Source: Mytilus trossulus
Taxonomy: Eukaryota
Assembly: GCF_036588685.1 (NCBI RefSeq)
Contig: NC_086373.1
Location: 90,520,001 to 90,584,000 of the forward strand
Length of the DNA stretch: 64,000 nucleotides
Direction of reading: 5' to 3'
Below are positions 13,638-25,953 of this stretch, in pieces. Under the pieces are notes generated by a model. That model worked only from the letters and a program-made list of their open reading frames with translations, had not been told where the DNA came from and ran no database searches. The stretch's first letter is position 1; the number at the start of each line of letters is the position of its first letter. A program made the position numbers and the translations under genes.

Positions 13638-13953
13638 CCCGGGACGTTTGGCAATAAATAATATCTTGAATTGTACAATATATATGCAAGCAATAGTGAC
13701 TATACCAAACCTAATTGTTATGACTCAGACAAAATTTCTGTAAAATAATCGGAAGGAGATAAGGATATGACTTGTTCACTTAGAGAATTCAACGATCATC
13801 CGGGTTCAGATGTACATCCTTCTTTTTTTTAAATTATTGTTGCACTTGAGCTGACAGTACGATGCTGTGGCGTTCTATACGACGATGATGAAAACCAGCT
13901 TTCTTATCATCAAAAGCAAACTATAATTTTCTTCTGTTAATAGCTCATTAATT

Positions 13954-14219
13954 TCAACCTAACGGTCTATTAGGAAAAAGACTTTGGTAAGATGGTGGGG
14001 CAGTTCGTAATGAGTCTGTTGGTAATCCTCTGTGCTCTTCATAATATGGTGGCGGCGGAGAGTCACAACTTAGATGATTAGGCTGTGAAACTATAGCAAT
14101 ACACAATTCTTGAGTATCTGGTTGAGTCCAACGTCGCTGATTGAGTCTACGCCGAACTGGTTGCGATGTTATAGGTTGAATTCTGCGTCTTCGATGTGTA
14201 CGCCTCGTATAATGTTTTT
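13954..14219 (-). CDS. SPEC3/Stum-family gene A, coding exon 3 (Arg-rich tail with PPxY motifs)
   Basis: TATTTTAG acceptor; phase 1 matches exon 2; translates KKHYTRRTHRRRRIQPITSQPV...SPPPPYYEE...APPSYQSLFPNRPLG*; ITSQP is echoed by VVTSQP in paralog B. Confidence 0.75.
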
Positions 14220-14340
14220 CTAAAATATAACCACAAAAGAACAGATTGAGGGAACAGTTTCAATATTTGTTACAAAACATTACATAAAGAGCATTAAAAT
14301 TACCCTATAATAAGAACTTATAATTTTATCTATATAAATC

Positions 14341-16756
14341 TATGGAACGCCATAGCTGTCTTATGTGTCTTTTTTATTGCTTTTCTATTATAAGATGGTG
14401 CTTTTCTATTATAAGATGGTGGTTTTCTATTATAAGATGATGGTTTTCTATTATAAGATGGTGCTTTTCTATTATAAGATGATGGTTTTCTATTATAAGA
14501 TGGTGCTTTTCTATTATAAGATGGTGCTTTTCTATTATAAGATGATGGTTTTCTAATATAAGATGGTGCTTTTTTATTATAAGATGATGGTTTTCTATTA
14601 TAAGATGGTGTTTTTCTATTATAAGATGGTGCTTTTCTATTATAAGATGATGCTTTTCTATTATAAGATGATGGTTTTCTATTATAAGATGGTGCTTTTC
14701 TATTATAAGAACCACCTATTATAAGGTGCTTTTCTATTATAAGGTGCTTTTTTATTAACCCCTAGGGGTATAAATGTGCATTTCATTAATAAATAAATAA
14801 ATAAATGAAATAAATTAATAAAAACTTTGAGCTCAAAATATTGACATGAGTAAGTTCACCAGCACACTAGAAGACCTGATATATAAAATATTTATTACAT
14901 GTATTTAATTAGATTACTATCTAATTTTGACACCTGTCGTAATCACTAATCAAGCAAATAATCATGTCATTTAAGTTTTCACACCTGAGACATCAAATAC
15001 ATTTAATTGAATTAACTTATATAATCAGATGGCAATCAGAATCCAAACAAAGATTACAGTGAATTGAACTTTTTATTAAAGAATGCCAAAACTGGCTCTC
15101 TCTTTTTTTTTAAAGATAAAACTAGATAGCTGACATGGATTAAATTAAAGTGAGACCACCAATCTGCCGGTATCAAATCATTTGAAAAAACAACAACAAT
15201 GTATTCCAATATGACCTTTAACATCGAAGAAGTAAACTTGCATTCAGTCGTGTTCAGACACTTTACAATAGAAAATAAACGAAGGCCATCGAACACAAAG
15301 TTACTTTTGTATAATACTGCACTGTCACTAACTAGGCTGTCACTATATTTAAATTTAAAATTGAGGCAAAATATATTCACCATTCGGTGAGGGGTCTGGC
15401 GGTCGCTCAAGACCCCCAGAAGCCTTGAAAAAAAACCGCAAAATCGTGCATCCCGAGAGCTTCTCGGACTCTTAGGAGGCACATTATTTGAGTGTCCTTT
15501 CCCTTGGAACCTCAGTCTCCAAAAACAACAAAACACCAGCCAGGTAAAAGACATCAGCCAAGTTGAAAACACCAGCCAAGTTAAAAAATACCTCAGTCAA
15601 AACAGAAAGGTTGTATAAACACCGAAATCTACTAAGATTGAGGTATGCTGATAATGGCAGTCAAGATCATCAGATACTTCTTACTGACAGTCAACCTTCT
15701 GTGAAGAAAGAAAATCCTGTTAATATATTTAAAACCAAAGACCTAAAATTTAATTATAGATGTGCGAATCTCTTCATGTATCATATATGTCTCTGTTAAA
15801 CACATCGGCGAATGTGAATTCAGTCCGGTCAACTTTTTTAGCAGAAACATATTTGTTTTTACTATAAATTTATATTTTCGTATAATTTGTTTTTAAATTT
15901 CACAGATTCCTGAATTACTTGGACAATTATTGTCAAAGATATTAACACTTGTTGTCGACAAGTTGAATATATGTACAGCGTATAACGACGAGTGTGAATA
16001 CCGTCCGGTCAACTTTATTTGCTCAAAAATATTTTTTTTTCACTTATTTTGTTTGATTTTCATAAAATATATTTTAATATCTTTAAGGTCTACAAATATT
16101 AAACAAATCTACCGAATAACAAAAAAGTTATGACTATTTATATCTCGTCCGGTAAACCGTCTTGTCACTATCCGGACAATCGTCTTGTCATTAGTGGTTC
16201 CCCACACTCCCGGTTAATCACGGGAACCACCATCACATAATAAAAAAGCACCTTATAATAGAAAAGCACCTTATAATAGAAAAGCACCTTATAATAAAAA
16301 AGCACCTTATAATAGAAAAAGCACCTTATAATAGAAAAGCACCTTATAATAGAAAACCACCTTATAATAGAAAAGCACCTTATAATAAAAAAGCACCTTA
16401 TAATAAAAAAGCACCTTATAATAGAAAAGCACCTTATAATAGAAAAGCACCTTATAATAGAAAACCACCATCTTATAATAGAAAAGCACCATCTTATAAT
16501 AGAAAACCATCATCTTATAATAGAAAAGCACCATCTTATAATAGAAAAGCACCATCTTATAATAGAAAACCACCATCTTATAATAGAAAAGCACCATCTT
16601 ATAATAGAAAACCATCATCTTATAATAGAAAAGCACCATCTTATAATAGAAAACCATCATCTTATAATAGAAAAGCACCATCTTATAATAGAAAAGCACC
16701 ATCTTATAATAGAAAAGCAATAAAAAAGACACATAAGACAGCTATGGCGTTCCATA
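14341..16756. mobile_element. Foldback-like non-autonomous DNA transposon with ~400-500-bp repeat-built TIRs (IS3EU-like termini)
   Basis: TATGGAACGCCATAGCTGTCTTATGTGTC at 14341 and its exact reverse complement ending at 16756; 21- and 18-bp TTTTCTATTATAAGATGGTGC arrays in both arms; 6-bp TSD TAAATC. Confidence 0.9.
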
Positions 16757-17698
16757 TAAATCCATTCATCGGAGGCACAGGTTTTTCAAAGCCATGCGTT
16801 ATTTTTCAATTAGAAAACTACCATGCATTTTGAGTGCCCAGGATTGCAAAATTTGTAAAAATAAATAAAAAATAAATAGCATTCTGTTGCAGCAATGAGC
16901 AATGCAAATACTGCATTCATCTTGAAATTTAAATGTCGTATTGCTATTTCCAATGTATGTTGTCGATAAACTGTAAAATCTTTAGTTTTGAGGAGTTTAC
17001 AGGAGTCAATTATTCAAAAGGCTTTGTTTTCACATATTTACTTACTCTCATACCTTAGGGATTATTTTGCAATACTATCTGACATAGTTTAAACAAGAAC
17101 TATCTTTAAAAAAGATATCCGACGTATTTAAATTTGAATATAATTTTTATGTTTAAAACTATCATTTCGATAACCTTCAGAAGCACAATGACTTAATGAT
17201 GCAGGACCTCTTTAATTAAATCTCCATCTCAATGTAACTACAAGAAATTCTTTACTAAGTCTGGTTATATTAAGGCAATAATATATAAGAATATTGTGAC
17301 GGCACCTAAAAAAATTATTTAAAAAAAATCCAGTGCAAATAACAAGAAGAATTACCAACAAAAGAACGTTACAAATTGTTTTGTGAATATTCTGATTATA
17401 TTTAAATAAGTGATTTAACAAAACCCCGCGGAAATCTCACATTCGTAGGTGCGTTCTAAAAGTCATGTACGTTTGTACAAGAAAGTTTACATTAAAAATC
17501 ATATAATTGTCCCGAATAAACAGCTGTCATGGATGCAAAGAGCTATTGGAGAAACAAATTATTTTAAAAAATATAAGTCATTGTAAGATCTAGTTCAAAT
17601 ATTTACAGTTTTTCACTTGCTTTCCATCACGAAAAAATATAAGTCATTGTAAGATCTAGTTCAAATATTTACAGTTTTTCACTTGCTTTCCATCACGA

Positions 17699-19230
17699 AC
17701 GGAAGCGTATTAGGGACATAGAAAAAATAAAATTGGCAGTGAACTTTTTTTTCTAAGTCGAAATTTTGACATTTCAAATCTCGAAATTTTGACTACAACT
17801 TGAAATTTTGACTTTTCAAATCCCGAAATTTTGACGAAATTTTGACTTTTAAAAAGTCAAAATTTCAACTTTAAACTCAAAATTTCGACTTATTTCAAAC
17901 TCGAAATTTCAAGGTATTTTAAACTCAAAATTTCGACTTGTTTTAAACTCGAAATTTCGACTTATTTTTAACTCGAAATTTCAACGTATTTTAAACTCAA
18001 AATTTCGACTTATTTTAAACTCGAAATTTCGACTTATTTTAAAGTCGAGTTTTCGACTTTTTTAAAACTCAAAATTTCGATTTTCCTCAGTATTTAAACG
18101 TTTGCGTCTATCACATTCACAGTCATTTATATCAACAAGCGGAGAGCCATATACATCATAAATTTGATAAGCATATTTTAATAAACTAATCCATTTTAAA
18201 GAGGTTATTTTAGATAGAATATCTTTTTTTTGCCGAAGAATAAATAAAATATGTTTCTCGTTCAAATACATATTTCAAGTCTGGACTTCATATACATGAT
18301 ATATGTGTATCAAGACAACCTCGTTATTCCGACACACCTTTATTTCGACATACTTTTATTCAACAGTCTAATATATAAAGACTAGGGTTAATAGTTGTGT
18401 CATAAGAATGCCAACTGGTACGGTTTAATCAATGTTCAAGAAAAAAGAACCAACAATTAAAAATTTCCAAACTAGAAAACTGAGCAGCTCATTGGTTGTT
18501 CTGAATATGCATGGAATTTTTTGCTACTTGATTTACCATTGTTTAAACAAGGCAAAGTCAGTGACTTGCTATTGGGAATCTAAACAGGCCTTTGAAACTG
18601 TGATGCTAAATATCATCAGATTGTCGATCCTATGACAGTGACGTGGAAACTAAAACATGCCTGGAATATGGAGAAAAAAAATGTTCTTTCAAAATGCAGG
18701 TTCTTTCCGAAAGAAACTCTTCAATATTAAATACTAACTGATCTTAATTAAAGAACAAAACCAATTTCTGAATATAAATTGCAAAAATGTGTGGATGACG
18801 CTTTAATAGTTTGCGTCAATGTCTACTCCTTCTAAAATTATAATGACTGTGTTTGAATACTAACATCAAAGTTTTCAAAGTAATTAGAAAAAGTCAAAAT
18901 TTCGAGATTTCAAAAGTCAAAATGTTAACTTTGAAATAAAAATTTCGAGATTTTAAAGATGGAATTTCGAGTTTAGAAAAAGTCGAAATTTTGAGTTTAA
19001 AGTTGAAATTTTGACTTTTTATGAAGTCGAAATTTCGAGTTTTAAAAATTCAAAATTTCGACTTTAAAAAAGGTCGAAATTTCAAGATTTTAGAAAGTCA
19101 AAATTTCAGTTGAAGTCAAAATTTCAAGTTGTAGTCAAAATTTCGAGATTTGAAATGTAAAAATTTCGACTTTGAAAATAAAGTTCACTGCCAATTTTAT
19201 TTTTTTCTATGTCCCTAATACGCTTCCGTA
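17699..19230. mobile_element. Second foldback-like element with AAATTTCGAC-type subterminal arrays
   Basis: (T)ACGGAAGCGTATTAGGGACATAGAAAAAATAAAATTGGCAGTGAAC at the left end and its reverse complement ending at 19230; arrays at 17757-18082 and 18890-19172. Confidence 0.85.
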
Positions 19231-19447
19231 GTTTTTCACTTGCTTTCCATCACGATAAAATTAACGAGACGTTTTTTCAAACACAACCAAATTACCCACC
19301 ATGACAGCATTTTGTCCAATCACAGAAAGAATGTTTGAGCATGCGTATTCTGTTGCCATAGTTAAGCGTCCTTAAGTCCAAAGGGCACAAACCGAAACTA
19401 TAAAAATAAACCACTCGATTAGTAAACCAGAAAGTTACTTCAGAAAT

Positions 19448-20461
19448 ATGTCACTGAGCGAAACCAGAAAGTTACTTCAGCAAAGCAGAAAAATAGTCGA
19501 CGAGGCAGATGAAAGTACGAGTGTAAATCTCATCTTAAATATGATTCTGAAACTTGTTTCAAGCATCGATAATAGACTACAAGGGGTGGAAAAAAGTGTA
19601 GGAAAATTTGATGAGCTTAAGAATATTATTACCTCAGTAACAAGCCGAGTGGTGACAGTTGAAAAAGATGTAAATGATTGCCACAAGAAAATTAGCGAGG
19701 TTGAAAATAACTTACAGGGTGTTGGAAACTTGTTTGATAACCTTAAATCACTTTGTGACACCAATAAATCTACAGTTGAGAAAGTCCAGGACCAATATGA
19801 AGTAGTCAAGACTGCATGTAACAAAAACAAAGCAGAAATAAAGAAAGTTTCTGAAAACTTAGAAAAGGTAACAAATGGAGAAGGCAATCAGTGTGTTTGT
19901 ATGGAAGAAGTGCAAAACCTAAAAAAATCAGTTCTCGACCTGAAATGCCGATCTATGAAAAACAATCTAATTTTTTCTGGTCTGTGTGAAGTACGTGGAG
20001 AAAACACAGAGGAGCTCTTAAGAACGTTTCTTCACAGAGAAATCGGTATTGAGTTTGGTAATGTTCACAGGTTTAGCAATTATCCAAGAGGAAAGCGCCC
20101 AATAGTAGCCAGATTTCTTTACTTCAGTGACTTGCAATATGTTTTAAAAAATGCATATAAACTACGAAACTCTCAGTATGGCATTCGACATCAATTTCCC
20201 AAAGAGATTGAGGAAAACCGAAAATTGTTGTATCCTATTCAAAAGGAAGCAAAACGTCAAGGAAAAAAGGTAGTACTTGTCCGAGATCGCCTTTATATAG
20301 ACAATCATCTATATATACCGTACAGTGAAACCGACGAAAGCCAAATGATGAATGATGCTGAACAACCGCCAGATGAGGTTTGGACAACACCGACCAATGG
20401 TGGCTCTAGACAACCCCCAAAACGTCAACGTGTAAGCTCGTCCACTCCCAGGGGATACTAG
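19448..20461 (+). CDS. LINE ORF1 (coiled coil plus L1-type RRM/CTD)
   Basis: 337 aa; heptad-rich region followed by DLKCRSMKNNLIFSGL, VHRF, RPIVARF, QFPKEI and VRDRLYID. Confidence 0.9.
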   Translation: MSLSETRKLLQQSRKIVDEADESTSVNLILNMILKLVSSIDNRLQGVEKSVGKFDELKNIITSVTSRVVTVEKDVNDCHKKISEVENNLQGVGNLFDNLKSLCDTNKSTVEKVQDQYEVVKTACNKNKAEIKKVSENLEKVTNGEGNQCVCMEEVQNLKKSVLDLKCRSMKNNLIFSGLCEVRGENTEELLRTFLHREIGIEFGNVHRFSNYPRGKRPIVARFLYFSDLQYVLKNAYKLRNSQYGIRHQFPKEIEENRKLLYPIQKEAKRQGKKVVLVRDRLYIDNHLYIPYSETDESQMMNDAEQPPDEVWTTPTNGGSRQPPKRQRVSSSTPRGY

Positions 20462-23400
20462 GGATGCCTTGGAGAACAACATAACTCACGAGACTCTTAC
20501 TCAAGTCTGTTATCTAATTGTTGTAACATAGATACATGTATTGTTGATATTGTAAACATAAACAGTAAATCTCTGTTGGTTGATGAAAATGAATGTAATG
20601 TAAAAGTAAATTCATGTACAGTTGACTCTATAAATATAAATAATTTACATGTTTCAAAAGCCAAACCTAGTGAAAAAATTGTATTAAACAATCCTGTAAT
20701 AGAAAATAGTGACACAAACTGTATTATTGAAAACAAATGTAAATTAGATATTTTAAGTCTGAACTGTTGTGGTATAAATAAGCGTCTTCAGTACCCTGAA
20801 TTTTGTGAACTTTTATATGATCATGATATAATTTGTCTACAAGAAACGAAGACTGATGATTTAGATACAATAAATCTTCCTGGTTTTATTTTTCATATGA
20901 AAAACAGACAAAAATATGGGAAAAAATCTGGTGGTATTATTCTAGCATATAAAGAAAAACTTAAGAATTATTTAGAACTATTAGAAACAGATACAAAATA
21001 TACATTCTGGTTCAAGCTCTCTTCGGTTTTTTTCAAAAATAGATGAGGATGTTGTCTTTGGTATAGTATACATCCCGCCAGAAAACTCCACTAGTGAAAA
21101 ATCTGTTCTCGGCAAATGATTAGTCGAAATTTGATTATGACGTCAAAATGTTTTGTTTTCTTCTCAGTTTTCCCATTGTGACGTCATGAAAAAAGGCGAC
21201 CTTGCCTGATGACGTCGCATATAAAGAGCACAATTTTTCTGAAAATCTTTGCAAAGGAACGATAAAAAAGCATTAGAGAAACAGATTCCGACACTATAAC
21301 TCGTGTATTACGATATTTCTCCACTCTCGACAGTTAAATTTTATTATTTAAAGGGCTCGGCAAGCCTCGCGCTTTAAATAATAAAATTTAACTGTCTCGA
21401 GTGGAGAAATATCGTAATACACTTGTTGCAGTGTAAGAATCTATATATATCACCAGCCAGATACTTTTGATCAAGTTGAAAATGAAATACGTAGCTTTTC
21501 TCAAAATTTTAAATATATTTGTTTATTGGGCGATTTTAATGGCAGAACTGCAGATGAACCAGATTATTTTGAGATCGAAACACATGAACACGAGCAAGAT
21601 TTTTCGGAATTTATACAAGATAATTTAAATTGCTTAGAGACTCTTAATATTGACAGAAAAAGAAAGAGTATGGATTCTGTAAAAAATCGTTCTGGTCAAA
21701 AATTATTAGAATTATGTAAAGGTAACGACCTGTTTATTGTTAATGGTCGTATTGGTGATGATAAACATGAATCTGGTAAATTAACATGTAAAAATACCAG
21801 CGTTATTGATTACTGTATTTGTACATATGCTTTTCTTAAATTTGTATCAAACTTTAAAGTTAAAGAGTTTTCACGTTTATACTCAGATGTTCACTCTCCA
21901 ATTACCGCTACTTTACACATGAATGAATTTACCGCTGTCAATGACCAAATTGACAATTCATGTGATAATTCAGTTAGCTGTAGAGTTAAAAAGTGGGACG
22001 TGTCAAAAAAAACTTCATACGTTGATAATATAGATAAAGAAAAACTTCAAGTATTGTATACTGATTTGGAAGAAACTTTGAGTGACAATTTAGATAAGGA
22101 TAAAGTTAATTCTTTTGTTAGCAAGTTAAGCAATCTTTTTATTGAAAGTGCAAAGAATACTTTTGGTTCCCGAAAAGATACCCAAAAACGAAAATCTACA
22201 AATAAGAAGCCCAAGGGAGATAAACCTTGGTTTAACGAAGAATGTAGATTCGAAAGACAAAACTATCGTAAACTTAAAAGAAAGCTTAAGTTTAGAAAAA
22301 ACAAATACACTTAAACGAGAGGTTTCAGAAGCAGAGAAAAGATATAAAAAGACACTCGATGCGAATAGTAAAAAGTATAGAAAGCAAATGCGTAATAAAC
22401 TTAAATATATGAAAACTTCCGACCCGAAGGAGTATTGGAATCTTTTGAATAGGGGTAAACAGAAAAAGCAACCAAATCTTCCGCTCGAGGACTTATTCGA
22501 CTTTTTTAAAAAACTGAACCAAACGGTTGAAGAACCCCCTAATCAAGAAATGTCTAATACAGATATATTTGATAATGTTGATATTGATCATTTAAACGAT
22601 AAAATTAATGCCTACATTTCCAGAGAAGAAATAGCTAAATGCATTAAAAATCTGAAGAATAATAAAGTCTGCGGTGAAGATCATGTAGTAAATGAATACA
22701 TGAAATCTACTGCAGATTTATTTCTTCCGATCTATGAGAAGCTATTTAATCTCATATTTGACTCCGGCGTCTTGCCCGATATTTGGCTAATTGGAAATAT
22801 AAAACCTATATATAAAGGTAAAGGCAACCAGTTTGATCCAAAAAACTTCCGTCCGATAACAATTTTGAGTTGCCTTGGTAAATTATTTACAGCTATACTT
22901 AATGAAAGATTATGTCTTTTCTCTGAAGAAACACTTTTGTTAAATGAAAACCAATTTGGATTTCGAAAATCATACTCGACAACTGATAGTTTGTTTGCTC
23001 TATACTCATTTTTTGAAATTTTGAAATATAGAAATAAAAAGCTGTTTTGTGCATTCGTCGATTTTGAAAAGGCGTTTGACACGGTTTGGAGAGAGGCTCT
23101 GTGGTACAAACTTCTTTTAAATGGTATTAAAGGGAAATATATAATGTTATTTTAAATATGTATAAAGATATTAAATCCTGTATTACATATAATAAACAGA
23201 AATCAGACTATTTCTCATGTGATATTGGTGTACGGCAAGGTGAGAATTTGTCGCCTTTTCTGTTTGCCTTATTTTTGAACGATTTGCAAGATTTTTTAGA
23301 AACAGAAAATCTTCAAGGTCTTAACGTTATTTCAGATTTACTAGAAGATAAGTTGAACATTTATCTGAAACTTTTTGTTCTGTTATATGCAGACGATACG

Positions 23401-24571
23401 GTCCAAATGTCTGAATCAAAAGAAGACTTACAAAAAATATTAAACAAATTTGGAGAGTACTGTAATATATGGAGACTGAAGGTTAATGTTAACAAAACCA
23501 AAGTCATGGTGTTTTCCAGGGGAAGGCCTTGTGCAGATTTGAAATTTTCCTTAAATGGGGCAGATATAGATATAGTTCATGAATTTAACTATCTTGGTAT
23601 ATTATTTAGCAGGACCGGCAATTTTAGTAAAGCAATTAAAAAGCAAGCAGAAAAGGCAACAAAAGCAATGTATGAGGTTTTAAAAAGAGGTCGCATTCAT
23701 AATTTAGCTATTGAATGTCAAGTAGAACTGTTTAATAAAATGGTAAAGCCCATTCTTTTGTATGGCTCAGAAGTATGGGGATTTTGTAAAAATATTCAAT
23801 GTATTGAAAGGGTACAATTACGATTTTGTAAATTGTTACTTAAGTTAAAATCATCCACCCCAAACTATATGATTTATGGTGAACTTGGCATTTTTCCTAT
23901 TCAACTAGATATCAAACTAAAAATGATTGCATTTTGGACAAGACTTTTATCTGGAAAGGATTCAAAACTGTCTTATTTATCTTATCAATTATTATACAAA
24001 TTGTCGGTCGACAATCATTTTGAATCGCCATGGTTAAAGTTTTTAAGAAACGTTTTTAATGATACTGGCTTTTCCTATATTTGGACAACTCAGCTTTTTC
24101 CAAGCGCAGATTGGCTTATCCCTTCGATAAAGATGCGCCTACATGATCAATTTAGACAAGAATGGCATTCACTTATGTTAAATTCACCAAAATCTATAAA
24201 TTATAGATTATTTAAGGAGACATTTCAGTTTGAATGTTTTTTAAATATATTGGAAGATAAAGATATCTATACGCTGTGTAAGTTTAGAACCACAAATCAT
24301 AGACTTCCTATAGAAACAGGACGGTGGAATGGTATAGAAAGGGAAAATAGAAAATGTTTGAAATGTAATAACAACTGTATTGGTGATGAATATCATTATA
24401 TTCTGGAATGTAAATTATTTGAAAAATGACAGAAAAAAACTAATTGATAAAAATTTGTGGCAAAGGCCAAATATTTTGAAATTCAAAGAAGTAATGAGTT
24501 GTAATAACAGGTTTAAATTAGAAAAACTATGTAGATTTATACGCCAAATAAATAAATCATTTGTTCTCTAG
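20462..24571 (+). pseudogene. LINE ORF2 (AP endonuclease, reverse transcriptase, CCHC zinc knuckle), broken by about 4 frameshifts and a ~355-bp insertion
   Basis: APE motifs LNCCG, LQETK, GDFNGRT, IDY, SDVH; RT motifs FRPITIL, QFGFRK, DFEKAFD, GVRQGENLSP, YADD, YLG; C-terminal CLKC..DEYHYILEC. Confidence 0.9.
21092..21443. mobile_element. Hairpin-bearing non-autonomous element (Crypton-like architecture) inserted in LINE ORF2
   Basis: Interrupts APE between YIPPENS and PDTFDQVENEI; IR pair at 21092-21107/21280-21296; ~70-bp-arm hairpin at 21283-21442 with loop GGCTCGGCAAGCCTCGC. Confidence 0.75.
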
Positions 24572-24782
24572 GCAATAACATAACCCCTATTTTGTATATT
24601 CTGTACATACTGATACATGTGCATGTGTGTATTTAACGATAGTTAGTGTATGTTTGTGTGTATGTATGTTTGTGTATAAGATGTTATTATAAATAAGTTT
24701 GTTTTCATTGCTATATGTATGAATATCTCTGTACCGTTGTACCTTATGGTTTATGAGAATAAAGATTATTAGTAAAACCTAC

Positions 24783-24968
24783 TAGACATTTCAATGTAGG
24801 AATATCCCCAAATAGCGCTCCAACACCAACCAACGAGCAGAAATGCTGTAAACAGTAGCTGAAATAGTCCAAGCACCAAGCCACAACAACACGATGTACA
24901 TTTATCCCCAAATTCCATATCGTCATTTTCAGCACAACAAAAAACTGAAACTCCTGCAACAACAGTGC
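24783..24968 (-). CDS. SPEC3/Stum-family gene A, coding exon 2
   Basis: AG/GT bounded, 186 nt, phase 1-1; GTVVAGVSVFCCAENDD...GLFQLLFTAFLLVGWCWSAIWG, which carries the SPEC3 signature GxxQ..VGWxWSxxWG. Confidence 0.9.
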
Positions 24969-25953
24969 CTAAAAGAAAACAATGCAAAACAAATTCTCAA
25001 TGTAATATTAATAAGATGTAAAAGATATTTTTGTAATAATCTAATATTTGTTACATATACCATTATAATAGAAGTTTAAAAAAAGTAGACATTCAAAAAT
25101 AAAATAAACACACCGTATGTTTAGAATTTACGTCTAGAATAGAACTGGTGAGCAGGAACGAAAAATCGTTTGTTTTGTCGTAATTTTCAGAACTCCATAT
25201 GCAATATGAAACGAATATTCGTATCCGTGCCAATTTTTTTTATTTGTGCTAAATATTTTACCTTATGAAGAAACGAATCAGTCTTTAGTTTTCTATGTAG
25301 TGTTTTGTGGTGTGATTTTTTCTTTCGTCGATTTCGTAATTTGCCATGCATGTCGTTGTCAGTTTCAATTTGACTTAAGAAATTTGAATGTCCCCCTTTG
25401 ATCTTCCGCCTTTTTTCTAAACTCGCCTAAAACATTACAAAAACCCAGAGGAAAACAATTAGTGTAAGAGAAAGACGTTTGGTTTTCTTTCTTTTTCTAG
25501 AATACTGAACATATTCTCTTTTTCCAAAACCTCTTTCTTGATTTCCGATACCACATTTCCGATGTTATTTTTTTTGACAGAAATCTGAACGTCTCCAGGA
25601 AAAAAGGAGAGCGAAATTGTCTAAAATGAAATTTGATTTTTACTTGACCATTTAGATAAAAGATAGAAAATCAGCAGCCGCCAGATTAAGTTTTTTAAGA
25701 TTTTGAATCTCTGTTTTTGAATCTTTTTTTGTGTAATAAATACAAGCGAGGTGCATGCTTGCGTGCCATGTACAGTTTGACTTACATTCTGTATATTGAC
25801 CTCAGAATTATTTGACTATGTCCGAGACAATATGTCATGTTAACTGCTTTCCCCTATGTTTTGGATATCTTTAGAGGTCTCTTTGCAGACGTTTACTTTT
25901 CAACTTTTTTTTTCTAAAATTTTATTTCTTTACACATATAATGATTATCTTAC

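Larger units (their letters stand above)
19301..24771 (+). mobile_element. Near full-length non-LTR retrotransposon (APE-RT with C-terminal CCHC; RTE-X-like), antisense within intron 2 of SPEC3 gene A
   Basis: ORF1 and ORF2 motifs listed below; 3' UTR ends AATAAAGATTATTA; the 5' boundary is uncertain and the clade call is an inference. Confidence 0.9.

Noticed and set aside
15054-15799. ORFs inside the foldback element
   Set aside because: No transposase motifs recognised
14365-16732. ORFs of (KMVLFYY)n and (HHLIIEK)n
   Set aside because: Translations of transposon subterminal repeats
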